Source: Eledone cirrhosa (Eukaryota). From it: 64,000 nt of DNA. Made by a program: the position numbers and the translations under genes. Positions 12,150 through 26,852 of the stretch are shown one piece after another. The stretch covers positions 313,720,001 through 313,784,000 of the forward strand of contig OZ024741.1 in assembly GCA_964016885.1 (NCBI GenBank), in the 5' to 3' direction. The notes beneath the pieces were generated by a model. The model was not told the origin of the DNA, did not search any database, and was given only the letters and a program-made list of their open reading frames with translations. Position 1 is the stretch's first letter. Each line of letters starts with the position of its first letter.

Positions 12150-12257
12150 GTATCTCATAACAGAGTTACGTCCTTACTAGAGACACAAACACACACATAC
12201 ATATAATCACACACACACACACACACACAGTCACACACACAGAGACACACACATATA

Positions 12258-12304
<47 letters not shown>

Positions 12305-12306
<2 letters not shown>

Positions 12307-14030
12307 GGTAACAAGTTATCGTTGCAGGTAATCCAGTTAGAGGTTGTGAGTACTCTGCGCCGTGGATAGTTTTAACGTACGGCTTTGCTTAACTCAACAA
12401 TATGTTTCCATAGTTAGGGAGCGAGTTCGCGGTAAATCCTATGTAGGTTATACTTGGAGTAATAATAGTGAAAGTATGAAGAGTAACATCGTTGGCTGTG
12501 CAACAAGGGGTTTTATGTCAGGTATTGACAATTGTTTCATTGATCAGGTGAGTCTAGAGGTCGCTAATCGCTTGAAGTTGCTCAATTCGATCTCCATTAT
12601 ATTATTTACTTTAAACCAACTCCTCAGAATACAAAAAACAATTCACTCAAGGCAAAATATATAGAGAGAAATAGAGTATAATCAAAACAATAACATCAAT
12701 AATAAAATATATATGATAAATAGGTAGAGAGGTTATTGATGTAAATGTATAAAGTAAAAGATAAGAAAAAAGGTACAGGTAAATAACTAAGGAAATGGAA
12801 AAAATATAAAGAAATAAGGATAAGTGAGATCATGTAAGTACAGTATATGATAGTGGTGGTAGAGAGACTGATGTAGTGACAGATAAAAGAAAAAGCATAA
12901 ATTAGAGATTAATTGGGAGGTACTAGTATGAGATTTAAGGGTAAGGGTGGATGGTGAAGGGAGGTTTGACAAATGTGTGTAGTAAATATTTTGCTGATTG
13001 TCCTGCCTTAATGGGTTTGATACTGTTTCAGGAGAGCGGGTGAAAGAGATGTTAAGATATTTATGATCTAGTGACCAGTTGGTCGTTTGGCACTAAGAGC
13101 GGTTTGATGGTGTCTATTCCATACTTTGAAATTCTGGTGGTTCACTTCTAAATTTGGTATTGTTGGCTCGAATCACGGTGGTTTAAAATTTGTGAACTTG
13201 GTAGCTATTCTATACCTACAGAAAATTGATCTTTCTATTTTGCTGTTAAGCAGCATCTTATCGTACCTTAAAATATGGAATAGCTCCATATTACAAAGTC
13301 TGCAGTGGGACATTCCATTGTCGTTAGCCCTTGCTTCTGGTATTTTGACCAGCTAATCTTATATTCCTGGTTTGTGTTTTTAAGCTGCCAGATTTTATTG
13401 GCGAGCGTCGTAGAATTATCCAGTCTTCGGTTCTTCATGCAGTGTCTGTGAACCTACCACATTTTTTTTTAACTTCCCAGCCGTGGAACCTATGTAGTGC
13501 CAAGTAGAGTTGCCTGAATTTACAGTACACAGGTACACCATATTCGAATCCACGCATCTATTTTGCAGTGTGCACGTATCCGGTAGGTGCCAATTACAGT
13601 TGGAGGCTTTTCTTTGTGCCGCTTCTCCGTTGCGGTTTTGTATGTTGTTGTTGGTGGGTTGATATTTAGGCCTATTAGTGTTTTGTTGTGATGCGCCCTG
13701 GTGTGTTTGTGGTTGCGATGTTATGTGTTTGCGTTTTGTATTTGCTGCTATTATGTATATTGGTAGTTTATTTACTTTAAAGATGTTTTCGTGGTGGATT
13801 TTACGTATGTGTGATTCTATGTTGGCTGCAGTAGAGTAAGATCGTTTGATGGTTCTTCTATTAAAGAATCTATGGTATTTGAGTATTTTAACAAAGTGTG
13901 TGTCTATTTGCTTAAATAATGTAGAAGGTAGTTTGGTTTTTATAGAGGACTTGAATATTGGATTGAACCATAGGTATTTTCTATCTCTGGATCTTCTATA
14001 GTTCTTAGGTGCCCTTATATTAGTGTTTGG
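12305..14030 (-). mobile_element. Penelope-like family 1, truncated copy (pLTR plus GIY-YIG region)
   Basis: Homologous to 30392-32100. Minus strand near 13490-13540 reads VYLCTVNSGNSTWHYIGST. Confidence 0.75.
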
Positions 14031-14812
14031 TTAGATATATAGGAAAGGGACTGGCATAAATTCAATAAAATGTACGCAATGCTGATCTTGGACACTCAAG
14101 AGATATACGGGGATAGCAGGCAAACTAACAGATAGGGAAAACTACGTATGCAATAGATGTACAGGGAAAGTTGGCAGTATTAATCGCTGCAATAGACTCA
14201 TTTTTCCAATGCAGGTGGGTTATACAGAAGTGGTTGATAGCTTCCGGTACCTAGGTGATCAGATAAGCATGGGAGGAGGGTGTTCCGCATCCATAGTATC
14301 TAGAATAAGGACGGGTTGGAAGAAGTTTATGGAGATTCTTCCTCTGTTGACAAAGCAGCGTTTCTGCCTGCGTACAAAAGGACGGTTATATGATACCTGT
14401 GTGAGATGCGAGGATGCTGCATGGTAGTTAAAAATGGACAACAACTGCTGAAGATATACGACGGCTGGAGAGAAATGAAGCAAGTATGCACGGTTGGAGG
14501 TGCAATTTTAATGTGCGTGAACGATCAAGCATAGACGAGCTGAGTATAAGAGGGATAAGTTGTTGTGTGCAGGAGAGAAGGCTGAGTTGGTATGGACATA
14601 TGAGGTGCATGGGGTTGCGCGCTGGGTGAAGAAGTGCCAGGAAGTCCAAGTGGAGGGAAGAAGCAGTATAGGTAGACCACGAGAAACATGGGCGGAGCTG
14701 GTGAAACTCACCGAGGAGATCACAAACGACCTTGTCAAGTGAGGAGATGCTGTGCTGAATAGGACCGGTCCAACCATTACAATCATGGAAAAGAGGGCGG
14801 AAAAATGATAAT
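14027..14812 (+). mobile_element. RTE-type LINE fragment, duplicated copy
   Basis: Homologous to 4540-5310, with VDSFRYLG and SRIRTGWKKF motifs. Confidence 0.75.
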
Positions 14813-15101
14813 AAATAAAAAATGCGTGTGAAGAAAGTACAATCTGTCAAATATACTTTTCAGTTAACAAAATGATTTAACTGAACATTATTATTAGTAA
14901 ACAAGATGCTACCACACCATCAATTGATACGCGGTAAATTTAAAAACCTAAATATTCCTTATCCAATGTATATCATTATTACGTGGCGATATGATTTTAC
15001 TTTCGACATGTTTTGTTTCGTGGGGAAATTTTCCGATAGTTTAGATAATTCAGTGAATCAGTATACCATTCACATTATAACTATAATATTCATGATATTC
15101 A

Positions 15102-15265
<164 letters not shown>

Positions 15266-15782
15266 ATATATGTGTGTGTATATATGTGTGTGTGTGTGTA
15301 TATATGTGTGTGTGTGTGTGTGTATATATATGTATGTGTGTGTGTGTGTATATATGTATGTGTGTATTTATGTGTGTGTGTATATATGTATGTGTGTATT
15401 TATGTGTGTGTGTGTGTAAGTATCCATTTCTGTATATAATATATATATTGTAGAACATGGTAATATATGGAGGGATTATATATGATATATTTCGTATAAT
15501 AGTGTTTGTTACATTCATAATGTTATTAACATTGCATTTAATTGAACTAAAAATCCTAGTATTGTTTATTAAGGATCGATATAATCTATCTATCTATGTA
15601 CTACTAAAACTCTGATCTTGACTGTTTGATTGCTTGCTTGCTTGTTTGCACACACTTTCTCTCTATATATATGTTCATATTTGTGTATATACAGGTAGTC
15701 CCCCTAAAAATGTATACCCACTTTGATTGCCTATACATGCATTATTTGTTAGGATGGTGTATACATTTTTAGGGACCCCGGT

Positions 15783-15832
<50 letters not shown>

Positions 15833-15916
15833 TGTCCCTGAAAAATGGATACACACTTTGATTACCTGTACAGGCAATATATATATTAGAATGGTGTATA
15901 CATTTTTAGGGAACCA

Positions 15917-15952
<36 letters not shown>

Positions 15953-16349
15953 GGTGTCCCCGAAAAATGTATACACACTTTGATTATCTGTACAGGCAAT
16001 ATATATATTAGATTGGTGTATACATTTTTAGGGACCCCGGTAAATATATATATATGGTGTCCCCGAAAAATGTATACACACTTTGATCATCTGTACAGGC
16101 AATATATATATTAGAATGGTGTATACATTTTTAGGGACCCGGTATATATATATATATATGGTGTCCCGGAAAAATGTATACACACTTTGATTGCCTGCAC
16201 AGGCAATATAAATATTAGAATGGTGAATACATTTTTAGGGACCCCGGTATATATATATATATGGTGTCCCCGAAAAATGTATACACACTTTCATTACCTG
16301 TACAGGCAATATATATATTAGAATGGTGTATACATTTTAGGGACCCCAG

Positions 16350-16380
<31 letters not shown>

Positions 16381-16569
16381 CGTCACCGAAAAATGTTACA
16401 CACTTTGATTACCTGTACCGGCAATATATATATTAGAATGGTGTATACATTTTTAGGGACACCGGTATATATATATATATATATGGTGTCCCCGAAAAAT
16501 GTATACACACTTTGATTACCTGTATAGGCAATATATATATTAGAATGTTGTATACATTTTTAGGGAATC

Positions 16570-16613
<44 letters not shown>

Positions 16614-16822
16614 TATATATATGGTGTCCCCAAAAATGTATACACACTTTGATTACCTGTACAGGCAATATATATATTAGAATGCTGTATACATGTTTTA
16701 GGGTCTCCGGTATATATATATATATATATATATATGTACGTTATTCCGGGTTGAATCGGAGGTAACCAGAGTAAGTAAGGTACTCAATACATTGCAGAGA
16801 ATAAAAGTTTTAATATAGCTGA

Positions 16823-16871
16823 GATTCTACAGGACTAGAACTGTTTCGTTCCTTAGAAATCATCAGGAATC
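16823..16871 (-). ncRNA. Type I hammerhead motif in a palindromic insert (16737-16920)
   Basis: Minus strand: gattc CTGATGA tttctaaggaac GAAA CAG ttctagtc CTG TA gaatc. Confidence 0.7.
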
Positions 16872-16917
16872 TGATGATTTCTAAAGTATGAAGCAGTTCT
16901 AGTCCTGTAGAATCTCA

Positions 16918-16964
<47 letters not shown>

Positions 16965-17690
16965 TGTCCCCGAAAATTGTATACACACTTTGATTACCTG
17001 TACAGGCAATATATATATTAGAATGGTGTATACATTTTTAGGGACCCCAGTATATATATATATATATATATATGGTGTCCCCGAAATATGTATACACACT
17101 TTGATTGTACAGGCAATATATATATTAGAATGGTGTATACATTTTGAGGGACACCGGTATATATATATATGATGTCACCGAAAAATGTATACACACTTTG
17201 ATTACCTGTACCGGCAATATATATATTAGAATGGTGTATACATTTTAGGGACACCAGTATATATATATATATATATATCGTGTCCCCGATAAATGTATAC
17301 ACACTTTGATTGTACAGGCAATATATATATTAGAATGGTGTATACATTTTGAGGGACACCGGTATATATATATATGATGTCACCGAAAAATGTATACACA
17401 CTTTGATTACCTGTACCGGCAATATATATATTAGAATGGTGTATACATTTTAGGGACCCCAGTATATATATGTATATATATATATATATATATGGTGTGC
17501 CCGAAAAATGTATACACACTTTCATTGTACAGGCAATATATATATTAGAATGGTGTATACATTTTAGGGACCTCAGTATATGTATATATATATATATATA
17601 TATGATGTCACCGAAAAATGTATACACACTTTGATTACCTGTACCGGCAATATATATATTAGAATGGTGTATACATTTTAGGGACCCCAG

Positions 17691-17721
<31 letters not shown>

Positions 17722-18472
17722 TGTCCCCGAAAAATGTATACACACTTTGATTGTACAGGCAATATATATATTAGAATGGTGTATACATTTTAGGGACCTC
17801 AGTATATGTATATATATATATATATATGATGTCACCGAAAAATGTATACACACTTTGATTACCTGTACCGGCAATATATATATTAGAATGGTGTATACAT
17901 TTTAGGGACCCCAGTATATATATATATATATATATATATGGTGTCCCCGAAAAATGTATACACACTTTGATTGTACAGGCAATATATATATTAGAATGGT
18001 GTATACATTTTAGGGACCTCAGTATATGTATATATATATATATATATGATGTCACCGAAAAATGTATACACACTTTGATTACCTGTACCGGCAATATATA
18101 TATTAGAATGGTGTATACATTTTTAGGGACCCCGGTATATATATGGTGTCCCCGAAAATTGTATACATACTTTGATTGCCTCTACAGGCAATATATATAT
18201 TAGAATGGTGTATACATTTTTACGGACACCAGTATATATATATATGGTGTCCCCGAAAAATGTATACACACTTTGATTACCTGTACAGGCAATATATATA
18301 TTAGAATGTTGTATACATTTTTAGGGAACCGGTATATATATATATATACCGGTTCCCTAAAAATATATATACATATATATATATATGGCGTCCCCGAAAA
18401 ATGTATACACACTTTGATTATCTGTACAGGTAATATATATATTAGAATGGTGTATACATTTTTAGGGAACCC

Positions 18473-18515
<43 letters not shown>

Positions 18516-18598
18516 TGTCCCCGAAAATGTATACACACTTTGATTACCTGTACAGGCAATATATATATTAGAATGCTGTATACATTTTTTAGGACCCC

Positions 18599-18639
<41 letters not shown>

Positions 18640-18725
18640 TGTCCCCGAAAATTGTATACACACTTTGATTATCTGTACAGGCAATATATATATTAGAATT
18701 GTGTATACATTTTTAGGGACCTCGG

Positions 18726-18778
<53 letters not shown>

Positions 18779-18780
<2 letters not shown>

Positions 18781-18968
18781 GTTATTCCGGGTTGAATCGG
18801 AGGTAACCACAGTAAGTAAGGTAGTCAATACATTGCAGAGTATAATAGTGTTAATATATATGAGATTCTACAGGACTAGAACTGTTTCATTCTTTAGAAA
18901 TCATCAGATTCCTGATGATTTCTAAAGAATGAACCAGTTCTAGTCCTGTAGAATCTCATCTATATAAC

Positions 18969-18972
<4 letters not shown>
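18779..18972. mobile_element. Second copy of the hammerhead-bearing palindromic insert
   Basis: Homologous to 16737-16920 and 46478-46680. The + strand core has GAAC instead of GAAA. Confidence 0.7.
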
Positions 18973-19022
<50 letters not shown>

Positions 19023-19226
19023 TGTCCACGAAAAATGTATACACACTTTGATTACCTGTACAGGTAATATATATATTAGAATGGTGTATACATTTTTAGG
19101 GAACCCGGTATATATATATATATATATATAGATATATATATGGTGTCCCCAAAAATGTATACACACTTTGATTACCTGTACAGGCAATATATATATTAGA
19201 ATGCTGTATACATTTTTTAGGACCCC

Positions 19227-19261
<35 letters not shown>

Positions 19262-19344
19262 TGTCCCCGAAAAATGTATACACACTTTGATCACCTGTAC
19301 AGGCAATATATATATTAGAATGGTGTATACATTTTTAAGGACCC

Positions 19345-19408
<64 letters not shown>

Positions 19409-19816
19409 GGTGTCCCCGAAAAATGTATACATACTTTGATTGCCTGTACAGGCAATATATATATTAGAATGGTGTATACATTTTTAGGGACACCGATATA
19501 TATATATATATATATATATGGTGTCCCCGTAAAATGTATACACACTTTGATTACCTGTACAGGCAATATATATATATTAGAATGGTGTATACATATTTAG
19601 GGAACCGGTATATGTATATATATATATATGGTGTCCCCGAAAAATGTATACACACTTTGATTGCCTGCACAGGCAATATATATATTAGAATGGTGTATAG
19701 ATTTTTAGGGACACTGGTATATATGTATATGGTGTCCCCGAAAAATGTATACACACTTTTATTACCTGTACAGGCAATATATATATTAGAATGGTGTATA
19801 CATTTTTAGGGTCCCC

Positions 19817-19850
<34 letters not shown>

Positions 19851-19854
<4 letters not shown>

Positions 19855-19910
19855 AAGGGCGGTGCCCCAGCATGGCCTCAGCCGGATGGCTGAAACAGGT
19901 AAAAGAGTAA
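19851..19910 (+). mobile_element. Probable SINE 3' tail fragment
   Basis: ggcggtgccccagcatggcc...ctgaaacaggtaaaagag interrupts the array and resembles recalled octopus SINE tails. Confidence 0.45.
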
Positions 19911-21082
19911 TATGGTGTCCCCAAAAATGTATACACACTTTGATTAACTGTACAGGCAATATATATATTAGAATGGTGTATACATTTTTAGGGACCACGG
20001 TATATATATATATGGTGTCCCCGAAAAATGTATACGTGCTTTGATTACTTGTACAGGCAATATATATATTAGAATGGTGTATATATTTTTAGGGACCCGG
20101 GTATATATATATATATATATACGGTGTCCCCGAAAAATGTATACACACTTTGATTACCTGTACAGGCAATATATATATTAGAATGGTGTATAATTTTTAG
20201 GGACCCTGGTATATATATATATGTGTATATGGTGTCCCCGAAAAATGTATACACACTTCGATTACCTCTACAGGCAATATATATATATTAGAATGGTGTA
20301 TACATTTTTATATAATACTAAAAGTCTGTGATTGATTGCTTTCTTATCTCTAATGTAATACATCCAAAAGGGTGCATAATGGGAAAATACTTTGAAAGTA
20401 AGTTGACACTGAAATGGGAATACAAATGGAACAAGACAAATTTCGCGTAAAGTAGACCGCGGGTTCCCGACACAAGGGGTTTTTCCTGGTGCCTTCATAA
20501 ACAATGTAAACAAGGAGAGAAAAAGATAGACAGAAAGAGATAGTGGTTGTGAGAGAGTAGATTGAAAGAGAGACAGAAAGAGGGAGAGGAGACAGAGAAT
20601 GAAAATGTAAGAGAGTTGGTGGTGCTGTTGTGTATATATATATATATATATATGTGAGCGTGTGTGTATATATATATATGTGTGTGATTATGACCAGTGC
20701 ATGTAGATCAGAGACATCCACATTTATATATATATACACACACATACATATATATGTATATGTTTACACACACAGACTTATATATATGCATACACTCACG
20801 TATATATATAGGCCTTCCAGTTTCATTTCGCATTATATATATGTCTGTGTATATTTTTATAATTTAAAAATTATTTTTAAGTGAACACGATTTTAAAAAA
20901 AATATTTTAAAGTGAACAAGACATAACGGGTCACGGGTGGTCTCGGATTCAATAAATCTACAACTTCATTTGTTTAGCACAATACCAGATTTAATCTTGA
21001 AATATAATATACAATTGTATCATTGATATATGTATGTAATTAATGATATCTTCAACATTATCATATATCTTGATAATTGAAG

Positions 21083-21217
21083 AATGCCCAGCAGGAAAGT
21101 TTGGTCTTGCTTGTAATAGGACCTGCCATTGTATCAACAACGCGAACTGTGACAAGCGAAATGGAAGATGTTCAGATGGATGTTCTGCAGGTTATACTGG
21201 TTTCAATTGCCAAGAAG
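21083..21217 (+). CDS. EGF-like repeat exon 5 (class A), weak acceptor
   Basis: Acceptor reads attgaag rather than ttttag; donor gtatct. CPAGKFGLACNRTCHCINNANCDKRNGRCSDGCSAGYTGFNCQE. Confidence 0.7.
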
Positions 21218-21766
21218 GTATCTCATATAATTGTTTCGCAATTATTATACACACACACACACACACATACCCACACCCACACAAACACACACATATATAT
21301 ATATATATACATAAATACATATATATATATATACCGTATATGCCGGTGTAAAAGTTGATCCGCTGCATATCTAGAACCATCAGATTATGTGGTAAAAATC
21401 AGGTTTAGGCCTATATACCCCAGTATAAGGGATTACCCTGATATAAGGGATTACCTTCTCCCCAGCCGTAGATATGTCTGCCGTTGTTTATTTGCATAAA
21501 ATAGAAAACATTAAAACCAACACTAAATAGTTGTAAAATAAAAATGCATGTGAAGAAATTACAAGTTGCACAATTTAATTTTCAGTTAACAAAATGATTT
21601 AACTGAACTGTTTTATTAGTAAACAATATCCTACCACACGTGACTTGATACGCGTGTGGTATTTAAACACCCTAAATATTCCTTATCCAATGTGTATCAG
21701 CTTAGATGGCGATATATATTTACTTGCGTCCTGTTTTGTTTCATGGGGAAACTACAGTAGTTTTCC

Positions 21767-22330
21767 GATAAGCATGGGAGATGGGTGTCCCGCGTCCATA
21801 GTATCTAGAATAAGGACGGGTTGGAAGAAATTTATGGAGCTTCTTCCTCTGTTGACAAAGAAGCGTTTCTCCATGCGTACAAAGGGACTTTTATATGATA
21901 GCTGTGTGAGATGCGAGGATGCTGCATGGTAGTTAGAAATTGATAGCAACTGCTGAAGATATGCGACGGCTTAAGAGAAATAAATCAAGTATGCTCCGTT
22001 GGATGTGCAATTTTAATGTGCGTGAACGACAAAACATAGACGCGTTGAGAAGGAAACTGGGTATAAGAGGGATAAGTTATGGTGTGCGGGAGAGAAGGTT
22101 GACATGGTATGAAAATATGATGTGCATGGAGGATGAGCACTGGGTGAAGAAGTGCCAGGAAGTCCAAATGGAGGGAAGACGCAGTAGAGGTAGGCCACGA
22201 AAAACATGGGAGGAGCTGGTGAAACTCACCGAGGATATGACAAAGGACCGCAACAAGTTGGGAGATGCTGTGCTGAATAGGACCCGTCCAACTATTGCAA
22301 GGAGGGAAAAGCGGGCGGAAAATGATAATA
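21767..22330 (+). mobile_element. RTE-type LINE fragment, duplicated copy
   Basis: Homologous to 4780-5310 (ORF 21940-22335). Confidence 0.75.
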
Positions 22331-22733
22331 AATAAATATGCATGTGAAGAAAGTACAATTTGCCAAATACACTTTTCAGTTAACAAAATGATTTAACTGA
22401 ACAGTTTTTTAATAAACAACATGCTACCACACCATCACTTGATACGCGGTAAATTTAAACACCTAAATATTCCTTATCCAATGTGTATCATTATTACGTG
22501 GCGATATGATTTTACATTCGACCTGTTTTGTTTCGTGGCGAAATTACCGGAGATTTTCCGATAGTTTAGATAATTCAGTGAATCAGTATACCATTCATAT
22601 TATAACTATGATATTCATGATAATATTATAGATATGTATGTGTATATATATATATGTATGTATATATGTATTTATGTATGTATGTGTGTGTGTATATGTG
22701 TATATGTGTATATATGCATTTATATATATACGG

Positions 22734-22780
<47 letters not shown>

Positions 22781-22969
22781 TGTGTGTGTGTGTCTGTTTT
22801 TATTTACATGTAGGAATGTTGCAAACACATATCGTAGTAACTGGTAGAATATGATAATATTTGGAACCACTATATCATTTTTTTTCTTATAATTTTTTTT
22901 CATAATGTTTTTAACATTGCCGTTAACTGAACTAAAAATCCATGTATGTTTTATAAAGAATCGTTATAA

Positions 22970-23614
22970 TCAATATATATGAAACCTTGGATGTATATCT
23001 GTGACTGTGTGTGTCTGTGAGTTTGAATCCCTAACACTCTAGAAGTACCGAACCGATTTTTTCAAAGTTTACATCTGTATTACGTATGTTTCAGGGAATG
23101 TTATGCACATAAAATTCAACTTTGTTGATCCCCTAGGACCCGCATTAGGTGAAAAAGTGCGTTTTATTTCAGATTTTAGGGTTATCTCGAGGCTTTACGT
23201 CAGACCGATTTTCTTGAAATTGTAACTATGTGTTAGTCAGACTCTTTTTATACCGGGAGCAAAGAAAATCCAACTTTGTTATTGCCTAGGGCCCGCAATA
23301 GGTGAGCAACTTAATTTTTTCAGCTTTTTAGGGCTTTTTTGATGCGTTACGTCTAGCCGAATATTCCCGAAACTTAAAGGAATATTATGCACATGAAAAC
23401 AATTCATGTTCTTGATTCCCTAGGGCCCACATTAGGTGAAAACCTTTATTTTTCCTGCTTCATCGAGGAAATTCTTGACGATTATCCAGCCATCAGATTA
23501 TTCGGATTATATTCTTTACATATTGTCAGGGCATCCAGTTTTTCCACGGTTAAGTCTTTTGGCGGCCCGCGTTCGAAAATACCTTATCCCGTGCAACGCC
23601 GCTACCACTGCTAG
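22970..23614 (+). mobile_element. Non-autonomous Helitron, copy 2
   Basis: TC...cccgtgcaacgccgctaccactgCTAG|tattcaat, at the same position upstream of an exon as copy 1. Confidence 0.8.
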
Positions 23615-23706
23615 TATTCAATAAATATACACGTTCATTTCTTTACCACAAGACCACTTTAAGCGTAACATTTTGTATAAAATATCACATATAGTGATAT
23701 TTTCAG

Positions 23707-23841
23707 AATGCCGAGCAGGAAGGTTTGGTGTTGATTGTAATGGGACATGCCATTGTATCAACAGCATAAACTGTGCCGAGCGAAATGAAACATGTTCAGA
23801 TGGATGTTCTGCAGGTTATATTGTTGTCAATTGCCAAGAAG
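23707..23841 (+). pseudogene. EGF-like exon 6 (class B), donor mutated GT>AT
   Basis: ttttcag acceptor is intact and the frame is open (CRAGRFGVDCNGTCHCINSINCAERNETCSDGCSAGYIVVNCQE), but the 3' end reads GAAG|atatct. Confidence 0.75.
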
Positions 23842-24030
23842 ATATCTCATAAAATTGTTGCGTACTTACTATACACACACACACACATACAAACAACCAA
23901 ATCCCCCACCCACCCCCGTCACACATATGCATGTATATATATGTATATATATATAAATGGAATAGAATGAAACGAAATTTCAATTCTCACTCTTAGTACG
24001 GCACTTACTTAAATGTAAGTATGTATCTAT

Positions 24031-24290
24031 GTATACGTACATACATATATGTATACAGACGTACAGAAGTATGTATATATATACATACATGCACACATAT
24101 ATACATGCACGTATCAGTTTACCGAACATTTATTATAATACTCGGTTTGTTTGTTTGTAAACCAACAATCAGCCCGGGCATTATAATAAATGTTCGGTAA
24201 ACCGATACGTGCATGTATATATGTGTGCATGTATGTATATATATACATACTACTGTACGTGTATACATATATGTATGTACGTGTACATAC
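24031..24290. repeat. Long inverted repeat (arms about 115 bp)
   Basis: gcacgtatcagtttaccgaacatttattataat is mirrored by attataataaatgttcggtaaaccgatacgtgc. Confidence 0.7.
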
Positions 24291-24319
24291 GTACTATATA
24301 TATATATATATTAATATAT

Positions 24320-26359
24320 ATAGTTATACTTGAGGAGGGTCATATTTTTGTAATAATTTTGCCAGAAATAATAACAGAACACATCCACTCTTTGGTTGGT
24401 CTTCGCTTTCTCTTTTTAAGCTCTGTCTCGCTTGCCCCTCCGATTTACCTACTTGCTGGCTCATGTCTATGTTTAGATATTATTTTAATTTCTATGTTGT
24501 CTATGTTACCGTCATGTTGTTGTCTGGCATGTTCGTGTAGTACTGAACCTTTTTTTTTGCTCTTTTAATTCCCCTCACAGTTAGTCTATACTTTCTCCTA
24601 TGCATCGAGCTGTCTCTCCTATGTATGGTGTTGGGATGTTTCTGCAATTACCCTCTGTACATCTTATGCCCTAGACTACATTTCTAGTTTTACAGTTTAT
24701 CTGGGGGTTTACTTTACATATGGCACATTTCTTATAAGTATAGTGGGTTTTCTTAAAAGTGTGTTTTGCTGATCAGGGATTTCATGGTAGTTCCTGGTTT
24801 TTCTAACACTTTAATCCTTAAGTTGGTCTTTCTCAGGACCATTCTACATTGGTTAGCTAATTTAACTCCAGAGGTAGCGTCCACGAATATTCCACTCTGG
24901 TATCTCAGGTTGTGGTACCATGAGGTGGATTTGCCTATCTTATGTTTAGTCCTATCTAAGCTATCCATGATTTGCTCCTGTATAATGGGCAAATTCCTTT
25001 CATGTCCAGTTCTATGAGGGTCTTACACTTGTCAGTGGTTGCTTTGTATACTCGGATTCTGTCTCTGGTTGTAGCAAGAGAAATGCCTGTTCTTTATGAA
25101 GTGTTGGATGTGTCTTTCCATTTCTTTTGAAATACCAAGTCTGTGATGAGATTATTTAACTTAGCACTACTGAACATTGCTGAGTATTTGAGTATCAGGT
25201 ATTTGGAGGCCGTGGGTTTAGCATAGGTTGAGTGGGGAATTTGGGACCTCTCGTATATAGTGTTAATTAAGAATTCCGTGTCTAATACAGGTAGTCTATT
25301 ATTAGGTTGATTGGAAGGGTATTCAATAGTTACAATTATACTCTGGTGTATGGAGTTAGCTATCTGCTGGATTCTTTCCATTGTGCTATATTCTAATTTT
25401 TATTCGTTACTATTCTCTTGTGGCCGTGTCCTTATTACTATATTAATACTGTCTACGTAAGAAGAGTACATGATGTGGTCTATGGAGCTCACTTCAAGGA
25501 CATTTTGAGTCTCAATTCCCACCAAACCATAAAAAGGTTGGCCATATCACCAGCTATGCTGATCCAAATGGCTGCTGCCCCATGTTGGGTGTAGATCTTT
25601 ACTTTGAATTTGAATATATAGCCCTTTAGTGTAGTTTTAATACTAGCCCCATTGCATGCACGACCATTGTTCTTACCTGATCATTGTTTTGGGTTGCTTG
25701 TATGGCTTTAGTCCACCCAATTCGCCCTCCCATGGGAGTCCATTTTGCCATTGAGTTTATGGTGGGGGGTCTACCTCTTATGGTTCTACTAAGGCAGAAA
25801 CGGCTAAGAACACGGCTGTCTAAGTACACGGTGTCATAGGGAAGTCTGAGTAGGAGACCTAGTTCATCTGTGTCGACATCGCAGACCTCAACCTCACTCT
25901 CACTGATTATCTCCACACATGTTTCCACAGCAAAATCAATGTTAATGGATGGGTATAGAGATACAACATCCATACTGCGTATTATGCAGTTAGATAGGTT
26001 TTAGTTTTTGTTGCACTCATTGATTCTCCTGAGGAGGTCATCTGTACTGTCACATAAATCTGGGGACATCTTGATTAGGGGCGTATAACCACGGAGAGGA
26101 ACTAGGAGAACCTGTAGTTGCAAGCGATATTGACTCCGCATATACATCTTGTTGGTGGTCCAGTTGTCGGTCGGCGACTGTCTTATGGTCTTTGCGGAGC
26201 ACATACAAGTTTGGTAATTCATTGTTAGACGCGCGGATGTTCTTAGCAGTGGGTTTGCTTGGCTTTACGGTGTCGGTCCTAATCATCATGTGAGCGTTGA
26301 CGATCTCCTCTCACCCCTCATGTGTTTGTTGTGTAATTTCGCCTGGCTATATATTTATC

Positions 26360-26360
<1 letters not shown>
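24320..26360 (-). mobile_element. Penelope-like family 2, degenerate RT and GIY-YIG
   Basis: DVVSLYPSI, YVDS and LPVLD motifs plus NVV...PYIGET on the minus strand, with many stops. Confidence 0.75.
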
Positions 26361-26424
<64 letters not shown>

Positions 26425-26852
26425 ATTTCAATGTAAAAATGTCGCAAATACATATCGTAGTAACAGATAAAATATGGTGTAAATTTGAAGGTTATATGTA
26501 AGTTGTATCTTCTCCCCAGCCGTAGATATGTTTGCCGTTGTTTATTTGCATAAAATAGAAAATATTAAAATAATCACTAAATAGTTGTAAAATAAAAATA
26601 CATATCAAGAAAGTACAAGTTGCAAAATTTATGTCTCAGTTAACAAAATGGTTTAACTGAACTGTTTTATTAGTAAACCATATCCTACCACACGTGACCT
26701 GAAACGCGGGAATTTTAAAAACCTAAATATTCCTTATCCAATGTGTATCATCTTAGATGGCGATATAAATTTACTGTCGACAGTAGTTTTCCGATAACTT
26801 AGATAATTCCGTGAATCAGTATACTATTTATATAATAACTATAATATTCATA

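Larger units (their letters stand above)
15692..20309. repeat. Tandem array of about 36 mini-MITE-like units (about 90 bp) separated by variable (TA)n
   Basis: Unit ggtgtccccgaaaaatgtatacac...gtgtatacatttttagggaccccgg has terminal inverted repeats resembling Tc1/mariner ends. Copies counted by eye. Confidence 0.85.
15585..20945 (+). mobile_element. Possible second Helitron-like insertion hosting the mini-MITE array
   Basis: Starts with TC at the same ataa| site as the Helitrons, and the unit sequence resumes at about 20946. The 3' end is CTCG, not CTAG. Confidence 0.4.

Noticed and set aside
15692-20309. CRISPR-like repeat-spacer appearance
   Set aside because: Repeats are about 90 bp, spacers are only (TA)n, there are no cas genes, and the context is a eukaryotic intron.
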